A program made the translations under genes and the position numbers. 64,000 nt of DNA from Lama glama. Taxonomy: Eukaryota. A model generated the notes under the pieces. The model did no database searches. It was not told the origin of the DNA and saw only the letters and a program-made list of their open reading frames with translations. Positions 59,117 through 64,000 of the stretch are shown here, one piece after another. How positions within the stretch are numbered: the stretch's first letter is position 1; each line of letters begins with the position of its first letter. Location: positions 61,196,001 to 61,260,000 of the forward strand of contig CM052817.1 in assembly GCA_028534125.1 (NCBI GenBank), given 5' to 3'.

Positions 59117-60112
59117 AACTCCTCTTTTTGAAGAGAGTAATTTTTAAAGTATTAAAAGTTAAATTTTTTTATTTAAATATTTTTGAAAAGATAATATGTT
59201 CATATAGTTCAAAATTCCTAAGATATAAAAAGGCAAACAAAATCCCCCTTCCCACGCTATTACCTGGCTTCCCCATAAAAGTGACACATTAGGGTTTTTT
59301 TCAGTGTGTGACCAGTTATTTTATGCAGATGGAAGTAAGTATATGTATTCTTTCTCTGTTTTACACAAGTTAACATGCAGTCTTCTTCATCTTGCTTTTT
59401 TATTTAATATTAAATTGGGATTTCAATTTAAAATTGAATCTGTTTTCAAGTCTGTGGACAAGCTTGGAGGCAAGCATGTCAGTGAATTCCTTGAGAATTT
59501 TTGCCATATGTGTTCCTATGCATGCTTTTTACTGAGAGGAAAAGAGTAGATGAAAGTAGCCTCACAAGTTTAGTTTATAACTGAGGTCTGTGTGTGTGAA
59601 CGAAAGAGAGAGGGAGAGAGACACCTGGATAAGTGTCTAGATTCTGGGGTCTCATTTAACTTGGGGAAAAAAAAGTCAATGATTGTATCTTTGGACTGAA
59701 AATAAGGGTGAAATGATTTCTGTTTGGTTGGAACTAAGGAGTTTTGTTGTCTTCATTGTCACTATTCAGTTTGTTACATGAATGTTTTTATTTAGCGAAC
59801 CTGAGGAGTAAACGTGTGCTGTATGACTAGGATATGATCCAGACAGTCTAGATCTGTGTACCTCTGTGTATCTGTGTATCAGATCAGAGGCATAACCTGT
59901 AGGTGCTGTGCTGGCAGTGTAAACATGAGCTCGGGGGACGTAGCCCTAATACAGATAGGGATTTGGGAAGGGTTTTAGCAGGGAGTGGCACTGAATCACA
60001 CTGGGCCTTGAAAGCTGATTAAGAATTCACAAAAGTAGAGAAAATTTGAGAGAAAAAAATTATTTCATAAAATATTTCTATCAAACTTTTGACACCACTT
60101 TCTGACCTGCAG

Positions 60113-60174
60113 GTGACGAAGGGAGTATGCCAGCAGATATAGCCACATTACTAAAAACGTCAATGGGCCTGTGA
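60113..60174 (+). CDS. SMARCAD1: SMARCAD1 exon 24 coding part: GDEGSMPADIATLLKTSMGL*
   Basis: ctgcag| acceptor; TGA at 60172-60174. Confidence 0.97.
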
Positions 60175-61470
60175 AATAAAGAATTGTTAAATCCTAACTG
60201 ATGAGGAAATACCAACTTGGTGCACTCAAGGACATTTACATTATGATGACCGTGGGGTTTATGAACATTTATAACTTTTTATAAATTCCATATTACATTT
60301 CTCATAGTATGGACAACTTTTTTGCCACTAACTGAATTCTTCAGATGCTTACATGTGAAATTAAAAAAAAAAAAGGCCACAAATAGGTAGTCCTGAAGAT
60401 GTTGAATAATCATTTTACAAAAAAAACAGTTTTCTGAATGGGGATTAGTTGGTGACTGTTTGTAACAAATATGCTAATGCTTTAGAAATGTCAGTATTTT
60501 TGTAATTATTTCTACCTCCAAATATATATATATATTGTCTTTCACTGGATAATGTGTGTAGATTTTTACATGTGCCTTATTTGACAATGCTTATGTCTTG
60601 TTTTTGCTTGTCTCCTTTGAAGTTTTTTTTTATTATGTTAAAGGATGCAGCTGTATAGATTATATAGCTTTCATTTTATTGCTATTTGAAACAGATGTTC
60701 ACCACTGTCAACAAGAACTCAACCTGAATTTAAGGTGGCATTCCATATACTAACGCCCCCAGGTCCTCCCAAGTACTTCTGTTAGAACGAATTTGTTTGG
60801 GTAGGCACTAAGTTGTTTTCCAGTGAATACTAAGTAATTAAAGAAGCCCTTATCTTGCTCAATGGATTAATTCCTTCTGTTCATTTCCCAACTGCACTAA
60901 CTGTGCTTATTACTCTGCCTATTCTTGTGCATGTTTTCATTGATTTCCCTCTCCTGGCTTTTGCTTCTCTTGAAACTGTTGCCCAGTCATTTTTGCTCCA
61001 GTTCTCTTTACTCTCTAAACAGTATATTCCTGCCACGTCTCCAACAGCAGCAAAATGTTTGTGACTTTTTTCTAACCTGGCAGAACAGATTAACAAGCTG
61101 TTTCACTTCAAAGCAGACTGATTGTGACTTCGTATTAAGGCAGCATTAGGTACTGCATGGAAATAGATCATTAACTTTAAATTCTTATCAAAATATAATA
61201 TACCAGTTTCCAGAGTTTCCAGTACAGGACCTCCTAAAGAGAGAGCCATTGTTCAATTCCAATTCAGTGTGGGTGACAAAGTGAAATTTAGAAGTAAAGT
61301 TGTCTACTTAATACTTAACTCTTTATTAAATCTTTCTTTAAATTTTTGCCTGTCAGTCTATATTGCTGTTTTTATTATACATCAGTTTCTTTGTATAACT
61401 TGTGAGTTTCATGTATTTTGTTTTATTATGTAAATATCATTATAAATAAACTTATTTATAAATCAAAGAT
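60175..61470 (+). other. SMARCAD1: SMARCAD1 3'UTR
   Basis: Repeat-free AU-rich sequence between the stop codon and AATAAA 61445; the 3' end is inferred. Confidence 0.75.
61445..61450 (+). terminator. Polyadenylation signal AATAAA
   Basis: Upstream TGTA motifs (61392, 61412, 61429) and downstream GT/T-rich 'tttgttaattgtt'; a second ATTAAA lies at 61325-61330. Confidence 0.7.
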
Positions 61471-63237
61471 TTGTTAATTGTTAGAGATTATACTTTCAAG
61501 GCATCTTGACTTCTTGAGTTTCTAAGGTAATATAATCCTCTGGCATTAGAAGGTTAGTGAAGCTCTCTTACAGTGTTTCTTCAGATATTATAGACTCTGA
61601 AAACTCACAACTCAGTAGACTTACCAATTTTGAAAATATATTGAACATACTGGTTCTCCCAGTAATGCTCTATTATGTTTTGGGCTTAATAAAAATATTT
61701 GTGATCATAAGTTGTATTTTCACACCCGTTTTTAATAGTTTCTAACCCTCCCTCCCTTTACCCTTAAAAATACATTATATTGAATACAGATGAGATGATA
61801 TTGTGTGCTTAATATCGTCTATTTCTCAGTAAACTGGAACTTAATAGTTTGGATGTGTTCTCATTAGTCCCTTTATTGGACTGATGTCTCTAAACATCAT
61901 AATAATCCATTATCAGTAAAGAGAGCATATGAAGCCACAGTTGTTGGAGTAATACCCTGGCCAACTGAAGCAACTTTTATTTTTTAATACAAGTCACACA
62001 GAGACAGAGGACATATGTGTTTTCATAACTGTATTCTTGACCCTGTAGACTTGTAACTTTATACTAGTAGATATCTATGTTGAAACATTAATGTTGTTCC
62101 TTAGTTGTTGGTGTTATTGTGTAGTGGTTAGATAGGAGTATTAGGAGATTGGATTACATTATATTATGTATTATAATATATATTATATTATATTACATTA
62201 TATTGGATAATGTGACATTAGGCAAAAGACACTTAAATGGTCCATAAAATTAAGAAATTGATTCTTTTAACTCTTCTTAAAGGTACTTTTTTTTCCTGAT
62301 TGTAAGTATAATATGCAATTCAACTTCTCTGATTTATTCATTCTCTCTCACACCTGTTTACTTGCTCATCGAGGGGATATTTAATTTAGGTACAGGATAG
62401 GGTAATGGAATGTGTTGTTCTTCAGTGGAAAAAGATGACCTGAAAGTTATGATGATGCTATGATTGAAATATTTCCTTATGAAACCTGCAGTGGTTGCAT
62501 TTTATATTTGAATTAGGATTTGTGTAAACAAGAGGGAATGATTATCTTATTTTTATAATTTAAATAAGCATTTATTTATCACTTTTACTAAATTCTATTT
62601 TCATTAAGGCTTGCCAGAATGTAATTATGTGGAGGAAAAAGAACATGCATAAGAGGGAAGAAATGTTTCTACCTTCATTATCTAGCATATTATTTGAATT
62701 TATTTTGTGAAAGGTAATTTTTTCTTTAGTTGTCTTGATGACAGATTGAGTACTTTGCAGTGAGAGTCGCTTATAACCGATCAACATTTATTAACAGCCA
62801 TTAATGACAAGAAAATTAATCCAAAGAAGTAAGGTACTTGGGAAATACATTTTGTTTTTGTGTGTAATCTTTAATAATGTATAAGGTGTTTAACATTTTT
62901 TTTCCAAATTTCATAGAGCATTGTTAGGAGGAACTAAAACACCTTAAAAAAGATCATACTTAGATGGACTTTCCTTTTTCTTTCCTTTCTCCTCTCTCAC
63001 ACTCTCTTCCCATTTTTGGCTTCTCAACTACATTCTCCTTCTGCTCTGCATTTCATGTATAAGATCATCTATTTTATGAATCTGTTTCCTGATATGACAT
63101 ACTAAGATTAGACAGTTCAATATTAGTAATATTAACATAAACTGAACTAAAATTTGATGTTCCAATGTAATTATGTTTTAAAATAGGTTGAGGGTAATCT
63201 AACTAAATATTATTCCTGTTCAAATGACTTGTTTATA

Positions 63238-63635
63238 CAAGCAGTTCTTGCTTTCCACAGTAGACCAGGACTGTAAAAATGACTGCAAGTTGAAATTGTG
63301 CAAAATAATAATAATCTTTGGGGAAAATGATTGTTCAATGACCTTTAAAATTTAATCAGCACATATAAAATGTCAGTTATAAATGTGTAAGTAAATGAAC
63401 AAAGTAGTAAAAACCAATACTCAGTACACTGTGAGATATTAGAAACATTGAAGAGAGATCATTTTTGTAAAAAATTAATCAAAAGTAGTTTGAACAGTAC
63501 CTTCTTGTTGTAAAACTAGCAAGTTAGCCTTTTTTTTTCATATCTTAACAAATGTCATAATCCTAAATTTGGATCAGCTTCCAACATTTTATTACTCTTT
63601 TAATGTTGTGAAATATCTCTGTTCTTTGTCTTCTT
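63238..63635 (+). mobile_element. TcMar-Tigger relic
   Basis: TA followed by 'caagcagttcttgctttccacagtag...gtaaaaatgact' Tigger-like terminus. Confidence 0.5.
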
Positions 63636-63639
63636 AAAT

Positions 63640-64000
63640 AGACTTTATTTTTTAGAGGAGTTTTAGGTTCACAGCAAATTCAGCACAAAGTACAGAGTTC
63701 CCATGTACCCCTGCGCCCATGCAGATACAGCTTCCCCTACTATCAGCATTGCACTCAGAATGGCACATTTGATATGATCAGTGAACTCACATTGTCAATC
63801 ATCGAAATCCATAGTTTACATTAGGGTTCACTCTTGGTGTTGCACATTTTATGGGTTTGACAAATGAATCCATTACAGTATCATACAGAATGGTTTTATT
63901 GCACTAAAATTTCTCAATAACTATTCATCACTTCCCCTAAGCCCCTGGCAGCCACTGATCTTTTTACTGTTTCTGTAGTTTTGCGTTTACCAGAATGTTA
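63640..64000 (-). mobile_element. L1MC-like 3' end running off the window
   Basis: 'agactttattttttagaggagttttaggttcacagcaaa...agtacagagttcccat', 'ccatagtttacattagggttcactcttggtgttg'. Confidence 0.8.

Noticed and set aside
60243..60340. C/D-box snoRNA-like ATGATGA ... CTGA
   Set aside because: Lies in the 3'UTR rather than an intron, has no clear terminal stem, and such motifs are expected by chance in AT-rich DNA.

Overview
AT-rich mammalian genomic DNA, most likely from a camelid (six tRNA-Ala-derived SINEs resembling the camelid vic-1 type). The window holds the SMARCAD1 (Fun30/ETL1 SNF2-family chromatin remodeller) gene on the + strand. I traced 22 coding exons (exons 3-24 in human numbering, 4203-60174). 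All have GT-AG boundaries and consistent phases, giving 2894 nt of open CDS; exons 1-2 lie upstream of the window. A ~1.3 kb 3'UTR ends near AATAAA at 61445. The introns are filled with L1, L2, MIR, MaLR/ERVL, hAT-Charlie and Tigger relics. The most notable region is the repeat-free start of intron 9 (~32100-32650). It has two CCAAT boxes, a YY1 site and a strong donor (CTG|GTAAGT at 32640/32641). This matches the alternative non-coding first exon of the short skin-type SMARCAD1 isoform known from human adermatoglyphia. The same stretch also has two acceptor regions that would make it a stop-containing 'poison' cassette exon, plus a 50-codon uORF. Repeat family names and boundaries come from visual recognition and are approximate. 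I found no prokaryotic-type system.
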